35,322 nucleotides of DNA from Eubacteriales bacterium. Lineage in GTDB: Bacteria > Bacillota > Clostridia > Oscillospirales > CAG-272. The notes beneath the pieces were generated by a model, which saw only the letters and a program-made list of their open reading frames with translations, was not told the DNA's origin and did no database searches. Each line of letters begins with the position of its first letter. Position 1 is the stretch's first letter. Below, in pieces: positions 26,200 to 33,317 of this stretch. The stretch is from the NCBI GenBank assembly GCA_045615165.1, contig JAZLEH010000304.1, forward strand, positions 1 through 35,322, given 5' to 3'. The position numbers and the translations under genes are program-made.

Positions 26200-27096
26200 T
26201 CAAAGATTAAGGAGTCTTACTGCGTTTTCGCGTACGATCTTACGGTAGTTTTCGTCGCTGATCTCTCCCGATTCTCTCATAGAGGTGAGGAACGCGTCGA
26301 AATCAAACGGGAAGGTGTTTACCTTTGCGCATATGTCACAGCCGTAAAGAATCCTATCGGAAAATTCCTCAACGAATCTTGCCGCGTGCTCGCGGTCTCT
26401 CATAAGCGCGTTTGCGCCGCTTCCTGCCGAGAGATCACAGTAAAGGTTTTCGTAATTGCGAAGAAGCTCGGGAAGTCTTCCGTTCTCGACCTTACCCTTA
26501 GGGTAAGTACCGCGCGTTTGGGGAGTGTTCTCTCCGATCTCGCTCCAGAAGCACTGTGAATGACCGAAGATCTTAAGCTTCGGATGCTTCTTAAGCATCT
26601 TTTCAAGTCTCGGAAGTCCGATCTCATCGATTATTCCGTAATATCCCTCGGGCTCGGGAGCGATATGTATCGTAACGGGGAGACCCATCTCCTCGCAGAA
26701 GCCGAAGAGGTTATCGGTTTTGGGATCGTCGGTATAAAGGTTTGAGGTAAGCTCGCCAACGCCCTTTGCTCCGAGCGAAACATAATGCTCAAGAAGATAG
26801 CCGAGCTCGGCATCCTTTCTGTTCTGGTAGGCTCTCGGGTCTACGTTGCAGAACCATATAAATCTGTCCGGGTTTGCATCAACGACGGACTTGCACGCCT
26901 CGGGAGTCATAACGAGGAGCTGTGCCTCGGGTGAGACGATGGGGAGGAGTACGCCCTTTTCAATATTAAGCTTGTCGTAAAAATCAAGCATTGTTTCAAC
27001 GCTCGGCATAGTGCATTGATTGCTCTTATATCTCGGCGCATACTGTGCAAAGGGGGTACAGTGCGCGTGGATGTCGATTTTCTTGATCTGTTCCAT
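26200..27096 (-). CDS. amidohydrolase_2 (PF04909, ACMSD/lactonase-like) TIM-barrel metal hydrolase, paralogue A
   Basis: 298 aa from ATG 27096, with GGAGA 6 nt upstream (the ORF track starts 4 codons earlier). Motifs KKIDIHAHC (HxH), PVTIHIAP, KIFGHSQ and LYGCDIC line up with the ACMSD-type pattern. Confidence 0.75.
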   Translation of the reverse strand: MEQIKKIDIHAHCTPFAQYAPRYKSNQCTMPSVETMLDFYDKLNIEKGVLLPIVSPEAQLLVMTPEACKSVVDANPDRFIWFCNVDPRAYQNRKDAELGYLLEHYVSLGAKGVGELTSNLYTDDPKTDNLFGFCEEMGLPVTIHIAPEPEGYYGIIDEIGLPRLEKMLKKHPKLKIFGHSQCFWSEIGENTPQTRGTYPKGKVENGRLPELLRNYENLYCDLSAGSGANALMRDREHAARFVEEFSDRILYGCDICAKVNTFPFDFDAFLTSMRESGEISDENYRKIVRENAVRLLNL

Positions 27097-27124
27097 AATA
27101 ATCTCCATAAAGCTTTTTTATTTA

Positions 27125-27153
27125 ATTCTATCACACTGACGGATATATTTCAA
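27125..27153 (-). promoter_or_regulatory. strong putative sigma-A promoter of the hydrolase A-oxidoreductase-aminotransferase operon
   Basis: On the minus strand: TTGAAA (27153-27148), 17 nt, TAGAAT (27130-27125) preceded by TGa. Confidence 0.5.
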
Positions 27154-27164
27154 TATTAATATTG
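27151..27164. promoter_or_regulatory. candidate operator: perfect 14-bp palindrome CAATATTAATATTG
   Basis: A perfect palindrome overlapping the upstream edge of the -35. A second copy of the core, CAATATTG, lies at 27178-27185, 24 bp centre to centre. Confidence 0.3.
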
Positions 27165-27216
27165 ATGATTTTTAGTACAATATTGCTTTTGAATCGCGAT
27201 TTTTATTAAAAGATAG

Positions 27217-27244
27217 CAAAAAAGCGGCAAAATGCCGCTTTTTC
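27217..27244 (-). terminator. rho-independent terminator separating the two hydrolase paralogues
   Basis: AAAAAA-GCGGCA-AAA-TGCCGC-TTTTT. On the minus strand it directly follows the stop of the gene at 27245. Confidence 0.75.
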
Positions 27245-28141
27245 TTAAATATTCAAAATCCTTATTGCATTCTCGCGCACGATCTTGCGATAATTCGTCT
27301 CGCTTATCTCACCCGACTCTCTCATCGAGGTGAGGAACTCGTCGAATTTGAACGGGAATTCATTGAGCGGGGAGCAAATATCGCATCCGTACATAAGCCT
27401 GTCGGAGAACTCCTCGATGAACTTTGCCGCGTGCTCGCGGTCTCTCATAAAGGCGTTTGCGCCGCTTCCCGCCGACATATCGCAATAGAGGTTTTCGTAT
27501 TGGCGAAGAAGCCTTGGAAGCGCGCCGTTTTCAACTTTACCTTGGGGATAGGTGTTTCTTATCTTCTCGTTGTTTTCGCCGATCTCGCTCCAGAAGGGCT
27601 GTGAGTGACCGAAGATCTTTAATTTCGGATGCTTCTTAAGCATCTTCTCTATTCTCGGAAGGTGAAGCTCGTCCGCAATGCCGTAATAGCCGCCAAGACT
27701 CGGAGCAATATGAATGGTAACGGGGAGGTCAAGCTCTGCGCAATAGCCGTAAAGGTTGTCAAGCATCGGATCGTCTGCATAAAGGTTGCAGGTCATCTCT
27801 CCAACGCCCTTCGCGCCGAGCGATTTATAATGCTCAAGGAGATAGCCGAGATTCGCATCGCTCGAGTTTGAAAGCGCGCGGGGATCAACGCAACAGAACC
27901 ACAAGAGCCTGTCGGGGTGCTGATCCGCCATATATTTGCAAAGCGTGCTTGAGGTCGGATAATAGCTTGCCTCGGGAGAAACCCCGGGCAGAAGAATACC
28001 CTTTTCAATATTAAGCTTGTCGTAGAATTTTTCGAAAAGCTGAGTGGGTGAGCATTTCGTCGTGTTGTCGTTATATTTCGGCTCGAATTCGGGCCAGGGG
28101 GTGCAATGCGCGTGTATATCGATCTTTTTGATAAGCTCCAT
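27245..28141 (-). CDS. amidohydrolase_2 (PF04909-like) TIM-barrel metal hydrolase, paralogue B
   Basis: 298 aa, the same length as paralogue A and about two-thirds or more identical by eye. Same KKIDIHAHC, PVTIHIAP, KIFGHSQ and MYGCDIC blocks. AAGGAGG SD 6 nt upstream. It starts 11 nt after the araC-type stop. Confidence 0.75.
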   Translation of the reverse strand: MELIKKIDIHAHCTPWPEFEPKYNDNTTKCSPTQLFEKFYDKLNIEKGILLPGVSPEASYYPTSSTLCKYMADQHPDRLLWFCCVDPRALSNSSDANLGYLLEHYKSLGAKGVGEMTCNLYADDPMLDNLYGYCAELDLPVTIHIAPSLGGYYGIADELHLPRIEKMLKKHPKLKIFGHSQPFWSEIGENNEKIRNTYPQGKVENGALPRLLRQYENLYCDMSAGSGANAFMRDREHAAKFIEEFSDRLMYGCDICSPLNEFPFKFDEFLTSMRESGEISETNYRKIVRENAIRILNI

Positions 28142-28152
28142 AATAAGCCTCC

Positions 28153-28959
28153 TTAATTATGCGATGTCTTGGTTTTTATTTTTGAAGGAGCAACTCCGTA
28201 CGAGCGACGGAATTTGTCCGAAAAGTAGTTTGAATCGTTGAATCCGCAGGCGTAAGCGATCTCGCAAACCGATCTTCCCGGCTCGTTGCGGAGCATATAT
28301 TCCGCCTTCTGCAGTCTAACGAGGGTGAGATATTCCGAAAATCCGAATCCCGTCTCCTTTTTAAAGGTGCGCGAAAGGTGCTCCGAGCTTACCGAATGGA
28401 GCTTCGCCATCATTGAAAGGGTTATGTCGGTCATATAATTCTTCTGTATGTATTTTACAGTCTCCTCGATAAAGAGGCTTCCCGAGCTGACCTCGGAGCA
28501 TTCGTTGATATTCCTCGCAAGCAGGAAGAATAATTCGTAGGTAAGGCAACGGAGCGCCTCGTCTCTAAACTCGTCGGTTCGCTCAAATTCCTCTCCTATT
28601 TTTATGATAAGCGATTCAACCTTGCTCGTTATTTCGGAATTTCTGTATAGGTAGGTCATCGACGGTATCTTCGGAAGCACCGAGCGCGGCACGTATGCCG
28701 ACGAGCAGTTTATAAGATAGCGGGTGTGCGGCTCGTTTCTGCTGTAATTAGTTTTGTGGATTACTCCCTCGGGGATAAGAACGATATCGCCGACCTGCAG
28801 GTCATAGGAGCGGTTGTCAATAAAGTAATTGCACTTTCCCGCCTTTAAATAGTATATCTCAAACGAGTTGTGATAATGGCGCGTGCACTGGCTTCGCGTT
28901 TTATCCTTTGCTTTATGATAATAGTATACGTCCTCAATAGAAACGCTTGATTCGGGCAT
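28153..28959 (-). CDS. AraC-family transcriptional regulator (cupin sensor + HTH)
   Basis: 268 aa. Cupin-like GDIVLIPEGVIH. C-terminal HTH pair LSRTFKKETGFGFSEYLTLVRL ... CGFNDSNYFSDKFRRSYGVAPS. AGGAGAA SD. Confidence 0.85.
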   Translation of the reverse strand: MPESSVSIEDVYYYHKAKDKTRSQCTRHYHNSFEIYYLKAGKCNYFIDNRSYDLQVGDIVLIPEGVIHKTNYSRNEPHTRYLINCSSAYVPRSVLPKIPSMTYLYRNSEITSKVESLIIKIGEEFERTDEFRDEALRCLTYELFFLLARNINECSEVSSGSLFIEETVKYIQKNYMTDITLSMMAKLHSVSSEHLSRTFKKETGFGFSEYLTLVRLQKAEYMLRNEPGRSVCEIAYACGFNDSNYFSDKFRRSYGVAPSKIKTKTSHN

Positions 28960-28989
28960 ATTCTTCTCCTGGGGTATTTTTATAGATAC

Positions 28990-29018
28990 ATTTTATCATA
29001 TTATATCAAAAAAATCAA
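28990..29018 (-). promoter_or_regulatory. putative promoter of the araC-hydrolase B operon
   Basis: On the minus strand: TTGATT (29018-29013), 17 nt, TAAAAT (28995-28990) preceded by TGa. Confidence 0.45.
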
Positions 29019-29032
29019 GATTTCGGTATAAT
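29004..29032 (+). promoter_or_regulatory. possible activator-dependent promoter of the GH4-uxa genes
   Basis: Perfect -10 TATAAT (29027-29032) with only a poor -35 (TATCAA, 29004-29009). It lies back to back with the araC promoter. A-tract-rich DNA follows. Confidence 0.3.
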
Positions 29033-29111
29033 TTAATCAAAGAAATTAAGGTAATATTAAAAAAATTGATATAAAATAAAAACGTAAACTAAAAATAAAG
29101 GAGTGTTTCTG

Positions 29112-30497
29112 ATGAAATACACGGAAAACGGAGTTGAAGAACTCAAAATAGCCTACGTCGGCGGCGGCTCTCGCGGCTGGGCGTGGGGACTTATGAGCGA
29201 CCTTGCGGTTGCAGGTGATATGAGCGGTGACGTATATCTTTACGATATCGATTTCGAAGCGGCTCAGCACAATGAAATTATAGGTAATAAGTACAACAGC
29301 GTTGAGGGCGCTAAGTCCAAGTGGAACTACAAGGCTGTTAAGACTATCGGCGAGGCTCTTACCGGCGCTAAGTTCGTTGTCGTTTCTATCCTTCCCGGTA
29401 CTTTCGACGAGATGGAGAGCGACGTTCACGCACCCGAAAAGTACGGAATCTATCAGCCCGTTGGAGATTCCACCGGCCCCGGCGGAGTTATCAGAGCTCT
29501 CCGTACCATGCCTATGATGGAGGAGATCGCTCTCGCAGTTAAGGAATACTGTCCCGACGCTTGGGTTATCAACTACACTAACCCCATGGCTCTTTGCATT
29601 AAGGCTATGTACGATGCATTCCCCGAGATCAAGGCATTCGGTTGCTGCCACGAGGTATTCAGCACCCAGAAGCTTATGTGCGACGCGCTTGAAGAGCTTT
29701 GCGGCGTAAGACCCGCTGACCGCTCCGAGGTTCGCGTAAACGTTACCGGCGTTAACCACTTCACTTGGCTCACCGAGGCTAAGTATCGCGATATCGACGT
29801 AATGCCTATATATGCTCAGTATGCTGAAAAGTATAAGGACGGTATCGGTGAGAAGGACGCTAACTGGCTCAACAAATACTTCTCCTGCCAGCAGATGGTT
29901 AAGTTCGACCTCTTCAGAAGATACGGCGCAGTTGCAGCAGCAGGCGACCGTCACCTTGCAGAGTTCTGCGAGGGCGATTGGTATCTCCAGAATCCCGAGC
30001 AGGTTGAAAAGTGGGGCTTCGGTCTTACTCCCGTTTCGTGGAGAAAGGAAAAGCTTAAGGACAGACTTGCTCGCTCCGAAAGACTTCGCAGCGGCGAGGA
30101 GGCAATCAAGATCGACAACACCGGCGAAGAGGGCGTTCTTCAGATGCGCGCTATCCTCGGTCTTTGCGATCTCGTAACCAACGTTAACCTTCCCAACGAG
30201 GGTCAGATTCCTAACCTTCCTCTCGGCGCAGTAGTTGAGACTAACGCGGTATTCTCATCCGACAGTGTTAAGCCCGTATTCGCAGGTCCTATTCCCAAGG
30301 GCGTATACGCTCTCGTAGCGAGAAACGTTGATAACCAACTTCTCGTTGCAGAAGCGGCTAAGACCAAGAAGCTCGCTCCCGCATTCAAGGCGTTCGTTAA
30401 CGATCCTCTTACCAGAATCAGCACCGCTGATGCGAAGAAGCTCTTCGACGAGATGATCGACAACACCAAGGAATATCTTAAGGATTACGACATCTAA
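29112..30497 (+). CDS. glycoside hydrolase family 4 (NAD+/Mn2+-dependent), LplD-like putative alpha-galacturonidase
   Basis: 461 aa from ATG 29112, with AAAGGAG 8 nt upstream (the ORF track starts at GTG 29103). Motifs KIAYVGGGSRGW, SILPG, GPGGVIRALR, VINYTNPM, GCCHEV, GVNHFTW and AAGDRHLAEF match the GH4 pattern and B. subtilis LplD as I recall it. Confidence 0.82.
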   Translation: MKYTENGVEELKIAYVGGGSRGWAWGLMSDLAVAGDMSGDVYLYDIDFEAAQHNEIIGNKYNSVEGAKSKWNYKAVKTIGEALTGAKFVVVSILPGTFDEMESDVHAPEKYGIYQPVGDSTGPGGVIRALRTMPMMEEIALAVKEYCPDAWVINYTNPMALCIKAMYDAFPEIKAFGCCHEVFSTQKLMCDALEELCGVRPADRSEVRVNVTGVNHFTWLTEAKYRDIDVMPIYAQYAEKYKDGIGEKDANWLNKYFSCQQMVKFDLFRRYGAVAAAGDRHLAEFCEGDWYLQNPEQVEKWGFGLTPVSWRKEKLKDRLARSERLRSGEEAIKIDNTGEEGVLQMRAILGLCDLVTNVNLPNEGQIPNLPLGAVVETNAVFSSDSVKPVFAGPIPKGVYALVARNVDNQLLVAEAAKTKKLAPAFKAFVNDPLTRISTADAKKLFDEMIDNTKEYLKDYDI

Positions 30498-30511
30498 TCA
30501 ATAAATTAAAG

Positions 30512-30550
30512 AAAAGGCGTCTCGGAACTGTGTTTTTGGGGCGTCTTTTC
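30512..30550 (+). terminator. weak or uncertain terminator after the GH4 gene
   Basis: AAAA-GGCGTCTCGG ... TTGGGGCGTC-TTTTC. The stem needs several G-U pairs. Read-through into uxaB is plausible. Confidence 0.3.
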
Positions 30551-30670
30551 GCATACATATCAAAAAAACTAAGATTTAGAGGCTAAAATCGTCAATCTAT
30601 TCAAGGCGCACGGGCGCGAAATAATATAAAATATATATGTAGAAATATTTAATATGGAAGGAAATATCCT

Positions 30671-31960
30671 ATGAAATTTGAAAAAGTAATAAGACCTGAA
30701 AGGGTTATACAGTTTGGAGAGGGCGGTTTCTTGCGCGGATTCGTCGATTGGATGATTCAGAAGCTTAACGATAACGGCACTTTCTCGGGTAACGTCGTAG
30801 TCGTTCAGCCCATCAAGGACGGACTTTGCGATATGCTCACCGCACAGAACTGCGGTTATACCCATATAATCAGAGGCGTTGAGGGCGTGGAGAAGACTAT
30901 CGTTAATTCCATTTCAAGATGCGTTAAGCCTTACGACGATTTTGCATCCTACCTCGCTCTTGCGGAGAATCCCGATTTCCGCTTCGTAGTTTCAAACACC
31001 ACCGAGGCGGGTATAGTATTCTCCGATGAGGATAAAATAACCGACGCACCCCCGAAGTCATTCCCCGCAAAGGTGACTCTTCTTCTTAAGCGCCGCTTTG
31101 AGCTCGGTCTTCCCGGCTTCGTATTCCTCCCCTGCGAGCTTATCGACAGAAACGGCGATAACCTCAAAAAGTGCATTCTTGAATACGCTAAGCTCTGGAA
31201 TCTCGGCGATGAGTTTTCCGCGTGGGTAGAGAAGGAGAACGTGTTCACCAACACCCTCGTTGACCGTATCAACACCGGCTACCCCAAGGGTGAGGACGTT
31301 GGACTCGGCTATGAGGATAATATGGTAAATACCTCCGAGTATTTCCACCTCTGGGTAATTGAAACCGAGTACGATCTTGAAGCCGAGCTTCCCTTTGCAA
31401 AGGCGGGACTCAACGTTATCGTAACCAAGGATAAGCTCGAAATGTACAGAACGAGAAAGGTAAGAATTCTTAACGGAGCTCACACCTCTCTCACTCCTTA
31501 CGCGCTCCTCTCCGGCCTTGAAACCGTCAAGAGCTGTGTTGACGACGCGGTTATGAAGGAGCATATAAGAAAGTGCGTCTTCGACGAGATCATTCCCACC
31601 CTTGATCTTCCTCGCGAGGAGCTCGTTGAGTACGCAAACGGCGTTCTTGAAAGATTCAATAACCCCTATATCAAGCACTATCTCTCCGCAATCTCTCTTA
31701 ACTCCGTAAGTAAGTTCAAGGTAAGAGTTCTCCCCTCGATACTTGAATACATAAAGAGATATAATAAGATGCCCGAAACGCTCCTCTTCGCATTCGCAAA
31801 GCTCATCGAGTTCTATAAGACCGATATGCCGAACGACGATAAGGACGTTATGGAATTTATGAAGTCGGCAAGCACCGCAGAGATACTTGCAAACGATAAG
31901 TTCTGGGGCTTAGACCTCTCCTATCTTCTTCCCGAGGTAGAAAAGTATGTTAATAAATAA
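30671..31960 (+). CDS. uxaB: tagaturonate reductase (altronate oxidoreductase)
   Basis: 429 aa. Collinear with E. coli UxaB as I recall it: RVIQFGEGGFLRGFVDW, FVVSNTTEAGI, PCELIDRNGDNL, NTLVDRINTGYP, RILNGAHT, RFNNPYIKH. Confidence 0.9.
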   Translation: MKFEKVIRPERVIQFGEGGFLRGFVDWMIQKLNDNGTFSGNVVVVQPIKDGLCDMLTAQNCGYTHIIRGVEGVEKTIVNSISRCVKPYDDFASYLALAENPDFRFVVSNTTEAGIVFSDEDKITDAPPKSFPAKVTLLLKRRFELGLPGFVFLPCELIDRNGDNLKKCILEYAKLWNLGDEFSAWVEKENVFTNTLVDRINTGYPKGEDVGLGYEDNMVNTSEYFHLWVIETEYDLEAELPFAKAGLNVIVTKDKLEMYRTRKVRILNGAHTSLTPYALLSGLETVKSCVDDAVMKEHIRKCVFDEIIPTLDLPREELVEYANGVLERFNNPYIKHYLSAISLNSVSKFKVRVLPSILEYIKRYNKMPETLLFAFAKLIEFYKTDMPNDDKDVMEFMKSASTAEILANDKFWGLDLSYLLPEVEKYVNK

Positions 31961-33317
31961 GCTTGACAACGTTGACGTAAACCTTGATGACGGTCACAAG
32001 TACGCGCTTCGCGATATTAAGGCGGGCGAGGACATAATCAAGTACGGCAACCCTATCGGACACGCAACCGAGGATATAAAAAAGGGCGAACACGTTCATT
32101 CCCATAACGTAAAGACCAATCTTTCGGGTAACCTCGAATATACCTACGACCCCAAGTTTTACGATATTCCGAAAGAAAGCGGAGACCGCACCTTTATGGG
32201 ATATATCCGCGATAACGGCGAGGTCGGTATAAGAAACGATATATGGATCGTTAACACCGTCGGATGCGTAAATAAGGTCGCAGAGAAGATCGCCGAGAAG
32301 ACGGGCGCGCTTCATTTTCCACACCCGTTCGGATGCTCACAGCTCGGTGACGATCAGTCGATAACTCAGAAGATACTCGCAGGAATGGTTAACCACCCCA
32401 ACGCCGCGGGAATCCTCGTTCTCGGACTCGGATGCGAGAATAATAACATCGAGGTATTCAAATCCGTCCTCGGTGAGTACGACCCCAATCGCGTTAAGTT
32501 CCTTAATACGCAGGATGCCTCCGACGACATTGCAGAGGGCGTAAAGATCGTAAAGGCGCTTCAGAAATGGGCGAAGAAATTCAAGAGAGTTCCCGTTCCG
32601 ATCTCGAAGCTTAAGCTTGGACTTAAATGCGGCGGAAGCGACGGTTATAGCGGAATTACGGGCAACCCCCTCGTCGGTCGCCTCTCTGATAAGCTTATCG
32701 CAATGGGCGGAAGCTGTGTGCTTACAGAAGTTCCCGAAATGTTCGGCGCGGAGCACCTCCTTATGCAGAGATGCGAAAGCCGCGAGGTCTTTGATAAGAC
32801 GGTCGCGCTCATCAACGATTTTAAGGACTATTACACAAGGCATAATCAGGTTATATATGAAAACCCCTCTCCCGGAAATAAAAAGGGCGGAATAACCACC
32901 CTTGAGGAAAAGTCGCTCGGATGCGTTCAGAAGGGCGGTCTTTCCAAGGTCGTTGACGTTCTCGACTACGGTGACAGACTTTCGAAATGCGGTCTCTCGC
33001 TTCTTAACGGCCCCGGAAACGACATCGTCGCAATAACCAATCTTATGGCGGCGGGAGTTCATATAATCCTCTTCACGACGGGTAGAGGAACGCCCGTCGG
33101 CGCACCAGTGCCCACCGTCAAGATCGCAACCAATCACAGCCTCGCAGTGAGAAAGGCGGGCTGGATCGACTTTGACGCAAGCCCCACGCTTGACGGCAAT
33201 CCCTTAACCGACGAGTTCTTCGAATATATCGTATCGGTCGCAGAGGGAAAGAAAACCAAAAACGAAATAAACGGATATAGAGAAATTTCAATATTTAAGG
33301 ACGGAGTAACATTATGA
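31947..33317 (+). CDS. uxaA: altronate dehydratase
   Basis: 456 aa. N-terminal SAF-like region (LDNVDV...GHKYALRDIKAGEDIIKYGNPIGHA...GEHVHSHN) and C-terminal blocks GCSQLGDD, LGCENN, LKCGGSDGYSGITGNP, YENPSPGNKKGGITTLEEKSLGC. Its start overlaps the uxaB end by 14 nt. Confidence 0.9.
   Translation: MLINKLDNVDVNLDDGHKYALRDIKAGEDIIKYGNPIGHATEDIKKGEHVHSHNVKTNLSGNLEYTYDPKFYDIPKESGDRTFMGYIRDNGEVGIRNDIWIVNTVGCVNKVAEKIAEKTGALHFPHPFGCSQLGDDQSITQKILAGMVNHPNAAGILVLGLGCENNNIEVFKSVLGEYDPNRVKFLNTQDASDDIAEGVKIVKALQKWAKKFKRVPVPISKLKLGLKCGGSDGYSGITGNPLVGRLSDKLIAMGGSCVLTEVPEMFGAEHLLMQRCESREVFDKTVALINDFKDYYTRHNQVIYENPSPGNKKGGITTLEEKSLGCVQKGGLSKVVDVLDYGDRLSKCGLSLLNGPGNDIVAITNLMAAGVHIILFTTGRGTPVGAPVPTVKIATNHSLAVRKAGWIDFDASPTLDGNPLTDEFFEYIVSVAEGKKTKNEINGYREISIFKDGVTL

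Noticed and set aside
29046-29954. A 302-aa antisense ORF opposite the GH4 gene. There are also 341-aa (33134-34159) and 266-aa (32337-33137) antisense ORFs opposite uxaC and uxaA.
   Set aside because: The same shadow-ORF explanation applies. The sense-strand proteins are collinear with well-known enzymes over their full length.
30512-30550. The direct repeat GGCGTCT...GGCGTCT after the GH4 gene, considered as a possible regulatory repeat.
   Set aside because: It is only 7 nt long with two copies. It is better explained as the two arms of an imperfect, G-U-containing terminator hairpin flanked by A and T runs. It is kept only as a low-confidence terminator.
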